64,000 nucleotides of DNA from Bacillota bacterium (GTDB lineage Bacteria; Macinerneyibacteriota; Macinerneyibacteria; Macinerneyibacteriales; DSCS01). The stretch is from positions 7,864 to 71,863 of the forward strand of contig DSCS01000064.1 in NCBI GenBank assembly GCA_011048995.1, written 5' to 3'. A program made the translations under genes and the position numbers. Of the stretch, positions 45,008-54,925 are shown in pieces. A model generated the notes under the pieces. The model did no database searches and was not told the origin of the DNA. It was given only the letters and a program-made list of their open reading frames with translations. Numbering within the stretch: the first letter of the stretch is position 1; every line of letters begins with the position of its first letter.

Positions 45008-45412
45008 CTACTTCAAGCTGTCCAAGTAGGCATGAAGCTTTTTGTCAAAATTCTGTGACGCATATTTATCACTTAAACGCAACCCTTCGGAAATGACCAA
45101 CTTTTTGTCTGTTTTTAAAACGCGGTACTCGTAAATACAAAGAGAAATCAGCGCCTGTTCCACAAGATGAAGCTCCTCGAAAGGACCGTCGAAGGTCTCT
45201 TCAATAAAAAGAGCGATCTCATCCAGATGTCCCTCCAAAAGAGAAAGCGCTCCTTCCAAAGCTGCGTCCTGCCCTTTGCCTCCCGGGAAGAAGGTTTCCT
45301 GGTTCCGCAAATCGACCGGAAAACTGTATTTCTTCGTGAAAAGATACGTGTACAGCCACTGCAGCAAATTATCTCTCAGAGCCTTTTTGTCCCTAATGTC
45401 CATGGACTGCAT
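45008..45412 (-). CDS. nusB: Transcription antitermination factor NusB
   Basis: 134 aa helical protein directly downstream of ribH (the conserved ribH-nusB linkage). R..AL..LY...-type N-terminus. Confidence 0.8.
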   Translation of the reverse strand: MQSMDIRDKKALRDNLLQWLYTYLFTKKYSFPVDLRNQETFFPGGKGQDAALEGALSLLEGHLDEIALFIEETFDGPFEELHLVEQALISLCIYEYRVLKTDKKLVISEGLRLSDKYASQNFDKKLHAYLDSLK

Positions 45413-45415
45413 CGC

Positions 45416-45880
45416 TTACTTCAACTTCGTGCTCAGGTCCATAAGTTCCATCAAAGACAAGGCCGCATCCCATCCCTTGTTCCCCATCTTTGTGCCGGCC
45501 CGCTCAATAGCCTGTTCTATTGTATCGGTGGTCAGCACACCGAAAGCCACCGGTATTTTGCCTTCCAGTGAAATATGGGCGATTCCCTTGGAGACTTCAG
45601 ACGCCACATACTCAAAATGAGGCGTTCCGCCCCGGATAACCGTCGCCAGGCAAATAATTCCGTCATATCCGCCTTTATTGACTAAACGGCGCAAAAGGTA
45701 GGGAATCTCAAAAGCCCCGGGAACAGGATAGACGTCAATGTCATCACTGTCTCCGCCATGCCGGACAAAACAGTCTTCAGCCCCTTCCAACAATTTTCTG
45801 TTGATAAAATCATTAAACCGTCCGATGACCACAGCGATCTTTTTCTTTTCTCCCTTTAAATGCCCTTCAATAAATCTCAT
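45416..45880 (-). CDS. ribH: 6,7-dimethyl-8-ribityllumazine synthase
   Basis: IAVVIGRFNDFI, VPGAFEIP, VIRG.T.HFEYV, GVLT. Confidence 0.95.
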   Translation of the reverse strand: MRFIEGHLKGEKKKIAVVIGRFNDFINRKLLEGAEDCFVRHGGDSDDIDVYPVPGAFEIPYLLRRLVNKGGYDGIICLATVIRGGTPHFEYVASEVSKGIAHISLEGKIPVAFGVLTTDTIEQAIERAGTKMGNKGWDAALSLMELMDLSTKLK

Positions 45881-45889
45881 AAAACCCCC

Positions 45890-47107
45890 TTAAATCTCAT
45901 CAATAAGATGCCCCATCTTCTCTTTTTTTGTCTGAAGATATTTTTTATTATAAACTGATATTTTACCGTATATCGGAACACGCTCCACGACTTCCATCCC
46001 ATATCCCGTGATTGCCACCATTTTTTTGGGATTGTTGGTCAGAAGCCTGATTTTTTTGACCCCCAGATCATGAAGGATCTGAGCACCGATACCGTATTCC
46101 CGAAGGTCCGCCGGAAATCCCAACGCAAGATTGGCTTCAACGGTATCCATCCCTTCATCCTGAAGATGATAGGCGTGGATCTTATTAATAAGGCCGATCC
46201 CCCGCCCTTCCTGGCGGAGATAGACGATGATCCCCCGCTTTTCCTCTTCGATAAGTTCCATGGAACGGTGAAGCTGATCGCCGCATTCGCATTTGAGACT
46301 CCCCAGGGCATCCCCGGTAAGACACTCGGAATGGACGCGCACCAGAACCGGCTCTCCGCCGCCGACATCCCCTTTCACTAAAGCGATATGCTCTTTGCCG
46401 TCTATGCGGTTTTCATAACCGTAAAGGGTAAATTTTCCGTAAGAGGTGGGCATAACCGCCGAAGCCTTGCGAACGATAAAGGGTTCGTTTTCCAGCCGGT
46501 ATTTGATAAGATCCGCAATGGTCAGAAGAAGAAGATGATGTTTACGGGCAAATTTTTTCAATTCCGGAAGACGCATCATATGCCCGTCATCACTCATGAT
46601 CTCACAGATGACACCGGAAGGGTTCATCCCTGCCAGGCGCGTCAGGTCGATGGCGGCTTCCGTATGGCCGGCCCGCTCCAGCACCCCGCCTCCTTTGGCT
46701 TTCAACGGAAAGACATGCCCGGGTTTGACAATATCGGCCGGAGAAGCGTCGGGCCTGATAGCCGTCTGCACCGTTTTAGACCTGTCAAAAGCCGATATTC
46801 CCGTCGTTACACCATGCCGGGCTTCAATGGATTCGGTAAACGCTGTCTCATGGCTCGACTCATTGGCCTCTGTCATCATCTTTAACCCCAACTGTTCCGT
46901 CTGTTCTGCTGTCAGAGAAAGACAGATCAAACCGCGTCCCCGGGCCGCCATAAAGTTGACAGCCTCAGGAGTCGCTTTCTCCGCAGCCATGAGAAGATCC
47001 CCTTCATTCTCTCTTTTTTCGTCATCGACGACAATAATCATCTCTCCCCGGCGCAAGGCTTTGAGAGCGTCCTCTATTGCACAAAAATCATTCTGCTGAT
47101 TCACCAT
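45890..47107 (-). CDS. ribBA: Bifunctional 3,4-dihydroxy-2-butanone-4-phosphate synthase / GTP cyclohydrolase II
   Basis: DDE.RENEGDL, GHTEA..DL (RibB), then [27 protein letters not shown] (RibA). Confidence 0.95.
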   Translation of the reverse strand: MVNQQNDFCAIEDALKALRRGEMIIVVDDEKRENEGDLLMAAEKATPEAVNFMAARGRGLICLSLTAEQTEQLGLKMMTEANESSHETAFTESIEARHGVTTGISAFDRSKTVQTAIRPDASPADIVKPGHVFPLKAKGGGVLERAGHTEAAIDLTRLAGMNPSGVICEIMSDDGHMMRLPELKKFARKHHLLLLTIADLIKYRLENEPFIVRKASAVMPTSYGKFTLYGYENRIDGKEHIALVKGDVGGGEPVLVRVHSECLTGDALGSLKCECGDQLHRSMELIEEEKRGIIVYLRQEGRGIGLINKIHAYHLQDEGMDTVEANLALGFPADLREYGIGAQILHDLGVKKIRLLTNNPKKMVAITGYGMEVVERVPIYGKISVYNKKYLQTKKEKMGHLIDEI

Positions 47108-47736
47108 TCCCGCAATGCCTCCTCAAGAGAAGAATTCTTTGTCATAAAAGAACTCCCCTCTAACATTTTTTTGACATATTTGCCGATAATATCATATTCC
47201 AAATGCACTTTATCTCCGGGCTTCTTTTCCTTTAACGCTGTATATTCCAAAGTATGGGGGATTAACCCGGCCGAAAAATAATCAGACCCGACAGAAGCCA
47301 CTGTCAGGCTGATCCCGTCCACGGCCACAGAGCCTTTTTCCACCATAAGGAAGGCTTTTTCCGGGGGAAAAGCGACCCTCATCATGAGCGATTGTCCTTC
47401 CCGGGAAAAGGAGCGGATCACACCGATACCGTCCACATGACCCTGCACAATATGGCCGTCAAACCTTCCGTTTGCAGGAAGAGCCCGCTCCAGGTTGACC
47501 GAAGCCCCGACCGGCATCTCTTTAAACAAAGTCCTGCGAAGCGTCTCTTCCATGACATCGAAAGTCAGCATATCTTTTTTGCGGTCTGTCAATGTCAGAC
47601 ATACCCCGTTACAAGCCACAGAATCACCTTTTTTTATCTCATCCAGGCCTTGGGCCCGAATCTCCACTGTAAGCAGGGATGACTGCAGCCTTTTAAACCG
47701 GAGCTCGCCCACTTGCTCAATGAGTCCTGTAAACAT
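47101..47736 (-). CDS. ribE: Riboflavin synthase (alpha chain)
   Basis: MFTGLIE.VG, GDS.A.NGVCLT and [11 protein letters not shown] duplicated barrel motifs. Confidence 0.95.
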   Translation of the reverse strand: MFTGLIEQVGELRFKRLQSSLLTVEIRAQGLDEIKKGDSVACNGVCLTLTDRKKDMLTFDVMEETLRRTLFKEMPVGASVNLERALPANGRFDGHIVQGHVDGIGVIRSFSREGQSLMMRVAFPPEKAFLMVEKGSVAVDGISLTVASVGSDYFSAGLIPHTLEYTALKEKKPGDKVHLEYDIIGKYVKKMLEGSSFMTKNSSLEEALREW

Positions 47737-48790
47737 CCCGGAAAAATCCTTTCATCATCATATCTTCGCCAACCTTTTGCCATGACGTCTCAAGCAGCTT
47801 CCGGGCCTGTTCAATGGAAGCAAAACCTTTCTCCCCTGAAGGGGAAAGCCCTCCTCCCAGCAGTTTGGGCGCGATGAAAACGACGACTTCATCGACAGCA
47901 TCTGCTTCAAACATCCTGTGGATCGTAAAGCTTCCCCCTTCCACAAGAAGCGAGGTCACCCCTTCTTTCCATAAGACTTCATAAAAAGCCGCCCGGAAAG
48001 CGGCAGGGTCCTTTGGGAGAGTATAATTTCTAAACCCTTCTCTATCAAGGTATTTTTCCCCTTCTGTAAGAATAAGAGCCTCTCCGCTCAAAGGATGCGA
48101 ATGCCCGATGAGATCACCCCTGGGATCATAAACGACCTTACGGGGCTGCCATCCTTCAGGGTCAACCCGGGCCGTAAGCCGGGGTTTATCCTGTATTACC
48201 GTTCCCGCTCCCACCATAATCCCTTTGACGTTATGGCGGATCAGATGGACTTCTTTGCGGCTTTCCTCACAAGAGATCCAGCGTGAATCACCGTTACAGG
48301 AGGCAATGTATCCGTCTGCAGTCATCGCATATTTAAGAATAACATAAGGCTCTTTGTCGAGAATATTTTTAATGAAGACCCGATTCATCTTCCGTGCTTT
48401 CTTCTCCTGAAAGCCCGCTTGCACCAGGACTCCGGCCTCTTTCAGGCGCCGCAATCCCTGTCCGGAAACCAACGGGTTCGGATCCTTCATGGCTGCATAG
48501 ACTGCTTTGACTTTCTTTTGAATGATCAATTCTGTACAGGGCGGGGTCTTTCCGTAATGATTACAGGGCTCCAATGTCACATAGAGTTCACACCCTTCTG
48601 CTAAGTGGCTGTCTATGGACAAAGCCTGAACCTCGGCATGAGGCCCGCCGAAAGAGTCATGATAGCCTTCTCCTATGATCCGCCCCTCCTTCACAGCCAC
48701 TGCTCCCACATAAGGATTAGGCTGTACAGCGCCATCCCCCCGGGCAGCTAACGCGAAGGCCCGTTTCATAAACAAGGGGTTATACGACAC
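47717..48790 (-). CDS. ribD: Bifunctional diaminohydroxyphosphoribosylaminopyrimidine deaminase / 5-amino-6-(5-phosphoribosylamino)uracil reductase
   Basis: NP.VGAV, HAE..A, TLEPC.H.GKTPPC (CMP/dCMP deaminase zinc motif), and a C-terminal RibD_C reductase domain. Confidence 0.93.
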   Translation of the reverse strand: MSYNPLFMKRAFALAARGDGAVQPNPYVGAVAVKEGRIIGEGYHDSFGGPHAEVQALSIDSHLAEGCELYVTLEPCNHYGKTPPCTELIIQKKVKAVYAAMKDPNPLVSGQGLRRLKEAGVLVQAGFQEKKARKMNRVFIKNILDKEPYVILKYAMTADGYIASCNGDSRWISCEESRKEVHLIRHNVKGIMVGAGTVIQDKPRLTARVDPEGWQPRKVVYDPRGDLIGHSHPLSGEALILTEGEKYLDREGFRNYTLPKDPAAFRAAFYEVLWKEGVTSLLVEGGSFTIHRMFEADAVDEVVVFIAPKLLGGGLSPSGEKGFASIEQARKLLETSWQKVGEDMMMKGFFRDVYRTH

Positions 48791-49904
48791 CGGTCAGCCT
48801 CCTGAATTCGTCCAGGGCGAACCGGTCAGTCATGCCGGCAATATAATCCGCAATGGCCCGCCGGGAAGATGAAAGGGACATCTCCTTTTGATAACGCTCA
48901 GGAAGAATGTTCGGATAGCGTCCATAAAGAGAGAAAAGGGTTTCAATGCAACCTTCCGCACTGATGCGCATGCGCTCCACACGAGGATGATTATAGAGAT
49001 GCGTAAAAAGATACTCCTTGAGCTGGCTTCTTTTCATGTCCATTTCCGGACTAAAACCGACAACGCGTATGTTCTTATCCTTGACAGTTTCAGGAGTCCG
49101 CACCTTTTCTACGGTGATCCGTCCTAATGTCGACTCCACCAAGTCATTGATAAAAAAAGCGATCAACGTGCTGATCGTCCTGTATTTCAAGACTTTTGGA
49201 GACAATCCCGCTCCCTCTCCCTCGACGGCGTCATTCAAGGCTTCCTCCCAAATCTGCACTTCTCCGAGTTTCTCCCACTCTAAAAGGCCTGACTCCAGGC
49301 CGTCATCCAGGTCGTGATTAAGATAAGCGATTTCATCGGCATAATCAATGAGTTGTCCTTCAATTGTCGGGACAACATCCAAATCAAAGATATCCTCCAG
49401 ATCTTTTGTTGAAGGTTTGTCATAAGGAGTGGAATGCTTGATGATTCCCTCCAAAGTCTCATAGGAAAGATTCAGCCCTTTAAATCCTCCGTACCGCTCT
49501 TCCAGATAGGTGACGATGCGGTAGCTTTGTCGGTTATGCTCAAATCCTCCGGCACCATCCATAAGACGGTTAAGCACCTTTTCTCCCGTATGCCCGAAAG
49601 GGGTATGCCCCAGGTCATGGGCCAAAGCAATGGCTTCTACCAGCTCAATGTTCAGCCCCAGGCGCTTGGCCATACTTCTTGCAATCTGAGAGACCTCCAT
49701 GGTATGGGTAAGACGGGTGCGGTAATAATCCCCTTCGTGATTGACAAAGACCTGCGTCTTATATTCCAATTTCCGGAATGCTTCACAGTGAATGATCCGA
49801 TCACGGTCTCGTTCATAGATCCCCCGGTTATCGTGAAATATTTCTTTATTCAACCGTCCGCGGCTTTTTTCATCTTTCATCGCATAATTTGCATATAATT
49901 CCAT
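48780..49904 (-). CDS. dgt: dGTPase-like HD-domain deoxynucleoside triphosphate triphosphohydrolase
   Basis: F.RDRDRI.H..AFR.L..KTQVF, TRLTH..EV.QI.R and HDLGH.PFGH motifs. The ATG at 49904 follows AGGAAGGAGG. Confidence 0.85.
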   Translation of the reverse strand: MELYANYAMKDEKSRGRLNKEIFHDNRGIYERDRDRIIHCEAFRKLEYKTQVFVNHEGDYYRTRLTHTMEVSQIARSMAKRLGLNIELVEAIALAHDLGHTPFGHTGEKVLNRLMDGAGGFEHNRQSYRIVTYLEERYGGFKGLNLSYETLEGIIKHSTPYDKPSTKDLEDIFDLDVVPTIEGQLIDYADEIAYLNHDLDDGLESGLLEWEKLGEVQIWEEALNDAVEGEGAGLSPKVLKYRTISTLIAFFINDLVESTLGRITVEKVRTPETVKDKNIRVVGFSPEMDMKRSQLKEYLFTHLYNHPRVERMRISAEGCIETLFSLYGRYPNILPERYQKEMSLSSSRRAIADYIAGMTDRFALDEFRRLTGVV

Positions 49905-49977
49905 AGTTAGCCTCCTTCCTGAGGATAACATACCCCCTTTTGTTTTGCAATGATTTCTCGATTTTCCTTGACATTAA

Positions 49978-51396
<1,419 letters not shown>

Positions 51397-51425
51397 TTTT
51401 TTTTCTGAACAGGCTGATTATTTTG

Positions 51426-51452
51426 GGGGCGCGTTAAGCGCCCCTTTTTTTT
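51426..51452 (+). terminator. Rho-independent terminator of gdhA
   Basis: GGGGCGC-GTTAA-GCGCCCC followed by a T-run of eight. Confidence 0.85.
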
Positions 51453-51453
51453 C

Positions 51454-51482
51454 TTGCCTTTTTAGCGTTATGTTTATATAAT
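51454..51482 (+). promoter_or_regulatory. Sigma70-type promoter of the wtpA-like gene
   Basis: TTGCCT (51454-51459), 17 nt spacer, TATAAT (51477-51482). An AAGGAGG RBS precedes the ATG at 51505. Confidence 0.5.
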
Positions 51483-51494
51483 TATAACGCTAAA
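51461..51494. promoter_or_regulatory. Perfect 11-bp inverted repeat (candidate operator) embracing the -10 element
   Basis: TTTAGCGTTAT - 12 nt (GTTTATATAATT) - ATAACGCTAAA. The arms are exact reverse complements. Confidence 0.55.
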
Positions 51495-51504
51495 GGAGGT
51501 CACT

Positions 51505-52470
51505 ATGCGTCGTTTATTTATTGTTTTTTTAATGCTGCATTCTCTTCTTTCTGCCTGCACACAAGCCGGCCGGGCCCCCGAAGAGAAGACCCTGAATATG
51601 ATCCATGCCGGCAGCCTTTCTGTGCCCTTTGCCGAATTGGAAACACTTTTCGAAAAGGCGAACCCGGGAACTGATGTCCTCCGGGAAGCTGCGGGAAGCC
51701 GCAAGTGCGCCCGTATGATCTCAGAGTTGGAAAAGGAGGTCAATGTTTTCGGAAGCGCTGATTATATCGTCATAGAAAATCTGCTCTTTGATTCCTATGC
51801 AGACTGGAACATCTCTTTTGTCACCAATGAGATGTCCATCATGTATTCGGACAAAAGTCTTTACCATGATGAGATCAACGCTGAGAACTGGATGGATATC
51901 CTTCTTCGTCCCGAAGTCGGTGTGGGACGCAGCAATCCCAATGCCGACCCCTGCGGATACCGGGCTCTTCTGACCTGGCAACTGGCAGAACTTCATTACA
52001 ACCGTCCGGGCCTTTATGAAAAACTTTTCAATAAAAAGAAGACTTTTATCCGGGATAAAGAGACTGACCTCATCGCCCTGGTCGAAACAGGCGAGCTGGA
52101 TTACCTTTTTATTTACCGCTCCGTTTCGCAACAGCACAAGGCTCCTCATGTTATCCTTCACGATGCTGTCAACTTGAAATCTCCTGAGTATGCAGACTTT
52201 TACTCCAATGCTAAAGTCGAAGTCAGCGGGGCAAAGCCGGGAGAGATCATTACTCATCAGGGAGCTCCCATGATCTATGGTATCACGATCCCGAAAAATG
52301 CTCCCAATCCCGCATTGGCGGAAAGATTCATCCTCCATCTCTTATCTGATGAAGGGCGTTCTCTTATGGAAAAGAACGGCCAGCCTTTCATCTATCCCCC
52401 GATAATCACAGGGGACAGGGGGAAAGTCCCCAAAGCCGTCATAAAAGCTGTTGACAAGTTAAAACGCTGA
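51505..52470 (+). CDS. wtpA: Tungstate/molybdate-type ABC transporter substrate-binding lipoprotein (WtpA-like), orphan
   Basis: Lipobox LLSAC. HAGSLSVPF, AAGS, GSADY, NPN.DPCGYR and DYLFIYRSV blocks match the WtpA-type oxyanion-binding family as I recall it. No permease or ATPase gene is adjacent. Confidence 0.7.
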   Translation: MRRLFIVFLMLHSLLSACTQAGRAPEEKTLNMIHAGSLSVPFAELETLFEKANPGTDVLREAAGSRKCARMISELEKEVNVFGSADYIVIENLLFDSYADWNISFVTNEMSIMYSDKSLYHDEINAENWMDILLRPEVGVGRSNPNADPCGYRALLTWQLAELHYNRPGLYEKLFNKKKTFIRDKETDLIALVETGELDYLFIYRSVSQQHKAPHVILHDAVNLKSPEYADFYSNAKVEVSGAKPGEIITHQGAPMIYGITIPKNAPNPALAERFILHLLSDEGRSLMEKNGQPFIYPPIITGDRGKVPKAVIKAVDKLKR

Positions 52471-52473
52471 CTT

Positions 52474-52504
52474 AAAAAAAGGCCGGCATCTGCCGGCCTT
52501 TTTT
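52474..52504. terminator. Bidirectional rho-independent terminator (wtpA-like gene / speE)
   Basis: A7 - GGCCGGCA TC TGCCGGCC - T6 between convergent stops. Confidence 0.85.
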
Positions 52505-52505
52505 C

Positions 52506-53348
52506 TTATTCTCCTTTTAACAGATCTTTGACAAAATTAGGCAAAGCGAAAGCCGCTTTGTGAATCTCGGCGTTATAATACTTCAGGTCGGAGACAAAAG
52601 AAGGTTCTTTTGTCACGGTTTCAGGATGGCCTTTTTTAGCCCCGAAACCGAAAAGCCAATGGCCGGAAGGATAGGTGGGAATAAAGGCCTGATAAAAAGA
52701 AAAGACCGGAAAGATCTTTTGCATCTTCTGATTGATGCCGGTTACCCATTCGGGGGAGTAGTGGGGATTTTCGGCCTGATTGACGATGATTCCTTCCTCG
52801 CCGAGAATATCAAAACAGGAACGGTAGAAATGTGTTCCGAAAAGTCCCTCTCCCGGCCCGACCGGATCTGTCGAATCAACGATGATCAGGTCATAAGGCT
52901 CCCCGCTATATTCTTCGATATAAGAGACTCCGTCTCTTAACATCAAATTGACCCGGGGATCATGATTCCCGATTGTCAGAGACGGAAGATAAAGCTGGGA
53001 CAATTCCACGACTTTTCCGTCGATCTCCACCCAGTCAATGGTTTTGACTCCCGGGTGACGCGTTAATTCTCTGATCGTCCCTCCGTCTCCGGCTCCGATG
53101 ACCAGGACCCTCTGAATGCCGGGGCAAACAGAAAAAGCCGGGTGGACGATCATCTCATGATAAACGAATTCATCCCGTGTGGTGAGCATGGTAACGCCGT
53201 CAATGGCCATAACCCGGCCGAAGAAAGCATTCTCAAAGATCAAAATCTCCTGAAAAGAGCTTTTTTCACGGCAAAGGACGTTATCTATTTTGAACGAAAG
53301 AGACGCCTGATGGCGGTAAGTGGACGCTTCGGTGAACCATTCTCCCAT
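52506..53348 (-). CDS. speE: Spermidine synthase
   Basis: WFTE, YHEM..H, VLVIGAGDGGT.REL, IIVDSTDP.GP and YP.G.W motifs. An alternative TTG start at 53369 is coupled (TTGA) to the speH stop. Confidence 0.92.
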   Translation of the reverse strand: MGEWFTEASTYRHQASLSFKIDNVLCREKSSFQEILIFENAFFGRVMAIDGVTMLTTRDEFVYHEMIVHPAFSVCPGIQRVLVIGAGDGGTIRELTRHPGVKTIDWVEIDGKVVELSQLYLPSLTIGNHDPRVNLMLRDGVSYIEEYSGEPYDLIIVDSTDPVGPGEGLFGTHFYRSCFDILGEEGIIVNQAENPHYSPEWVTGINQKMQKIFPVFSFYQAFIPTYPSGHWLFGFGAKKGHPETVTKEPSFVSDLKYYNAEIHKAAFALPNFVKDLLKGE

Positions 53349-53365
53349 AATACTTCCGAAAACGA

Positions 53366-53782
53366 TCAAACGCTGATTTCTTTTTGAGGCTTATGAGTCA
53401 ATTGGACCTGATTAATATGAGAATATTTTTTTACCTTTTCCACGATTCCGCGGGAAATTTCCTGGGTCTCTGTGTGTTCAGCAGCGAAAACCTCTTTTAA
53501 ATACTCAAATCCGGTCCAGGGGTTCACTTCATCACCGCATGTAAAAATATCCACAGCGGCGTACTTATATTCCGGCCAGGTGTGGATACTTAAATGAGAC
53601 TCGGAAATAACCACGACTCCGCTGACGCCCCAGGGTTCAAAAGTATGAAAATTTGTCCCGATCACCGTAGCGCCTGATATCCGCGCAGCTTCGGCCATGG
53701 CCGACTCAATAAAACCGACATTATTCATAACACTCTCGCTGCAATTATAAAATTCTGCAAGGATATGTCTTCCCAGCCTCAT
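53366..53782 (-). CDS. speH: S-adenosylmethionine decarboxylase proenzyme (class 1, SpeH-type)
   Basis: 138 aa. [19 protein letters not shown] (self-processing ES|S site) and DIFTCG. Confidence 0.92.
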   Translation of the reverse strand: MRLGRHILAEFYNCSESVMNNVGFIESAMAEAARISGATVIGTNFHTFEPWGVSGVVVISESHLSIHTWPEYKYAAVDIFTCGDEVNPWTGFEYLKEVFAAEHTETQEISRGIVEKVKKYSHINQVQLTHKPQKEISV

Positions 53783-53913
53783 AGCCGCCTCCTTTCAACA
53801 GGGAGATAATGACATGCAAGCCGTATACAGCGGATACTGTCCGCACGGCAACTCTTCAGCGATGGACAAAGCAACGACATCTCCGATGGAAATATCTGAC
53901 GTCAAGCCGATTA

Positions 53914-53941
53914 ATTATAAAAAGCAGACCCCCACTGTCAA
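53914..53941 (-). promoter_or_regulatory. Consensus sigma70 promoter of speH-speE
   Basis: Minus strand: TTGACA (53941-53936), 16 nt spacer, TATAAT (53919-53914). This predicts a ~125-nt leader. Confidence 0.6.
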
Positions 53942-54004
53942 GTTAAAATTTGACATCATAGCTTATTATTTTTGATTATTCGCTTTTATTCACCGAAAAC
54001 GGCT

Positions 54005-54676
54005 TTACTTTTTTAGAATCAGCCTCACACCGGGCTCTTCAAACGCTTCTTCTTCCAACGATGCGGCATCATAGCTCCAGACAAGCGCATTGCCTGTCTT
54101 GTTTTCTTTATGCTTTCCCGCAGAACAATTCACTTCTTCGGCAGTGCATGCTCCGGGGTCATGCAGAGTCAATGTCTGAATCGCGTCCTGAGCGGTCTCT
54201 CCTGTCATGAAAAGATACCGTAATGAGCCTGATTCCAAAGAGAGCTCCCATTGAATATCCAGTATCCATTGAGATACGCCTCCTTTAACAAGAAGTTGGA
54301 CAAACGGCAGCCCTCCGGACATATCTTTATCATGGATCACTTCATAACTAAACCCTTCCAGTCCTTTATTATTCAGAAAAACAATGTCCCGGCTTTCAGG
54401 GTCTCTTCGAAGCAGGCGGAAATCTGTCAGACGGAAATCGTTAAAGCCATAGGCATGTACATCGGCCAGAGGATAAAGGTGAAGAGTTTCTTCATTGAAT
54501 ATTTTTATGATAAGGCGTCCCCTTAAAAGAAAACCCGATTCAAACTGAGGATAGATGCTGCATTCCCTGGCCATTATAGCATAGGAATAAGCTCCCCCTT
54601 TTTTTACACTTGCCCCGGCCCGGGCCGTAAAACAAAGGATAACAGCAATAAGCGTCATAAGGGTTCTTCTTTTCAT
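54005..54676 (-). CDS. Hypothetical secreted protein
   Basis: Signal peptide MKRRTLMTLIAVILCFTARAGA. No recognisable motifs. Divergent from the B12 riboswitch/receptor unit. Confidence 0.5.
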   Translation of the reverse strand: MKRRTLMTLIAVILCFTARAGASVKKGGAYSYAIMARECSIYPQFESGFLLRGRLIIKIFNEETLHLYPLADVHAYGFNDFRLTDFRLLRRDPESRDIVFLNNKGLEGFSYEVIHDKDMSGGLPFVQLLVKGGVSQWILDIQWELSLESGSLRYLFMTGETAQDAIQTLTLHDPGACTAEEVNCSAGKHKENKTGNALVWSYDAASLEEEAFEEPGVRLILKK

Positions 54677-54744
54677 GGCTGAATAATAACAGGGCGAAAA
54701 AAAAAGACAAGTTTTCATTGACCCTTTTTATCAAAGGCTTATAC

Positions 54745-54895
54745 TTTCATCGTTCAGAAGGGAAACGGGTGAGAATCCCGTGCTGCCCCGCAACTGTAAA
54801 CGGAACGAAAACCCGGACGAAGCCACTGTGTGTGATACACGGGAAGGCGGGCAAGTAGGCAGCCGTAAGCCAGGACACCCAATGAACAGAGGCTA
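54745..54895 (+). promoter_or_regulatory. Cobalamin (B12) riboswitch
   Basis: AAGGGAAACGGGTGAGAATCCCGTGCTGCCCCGCAACTGTAA core, GCCACTG....GGGAAGGC element, and B12-box AGCCAGGACACC. It sits directly upstream of a TonB-dependent receptor. The boundaries are approximate. Confidence 0.9.
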
Positions 54896-54925
54896 TCACA
54901 TTGAACCAACTCGAGGGGGTTGACT

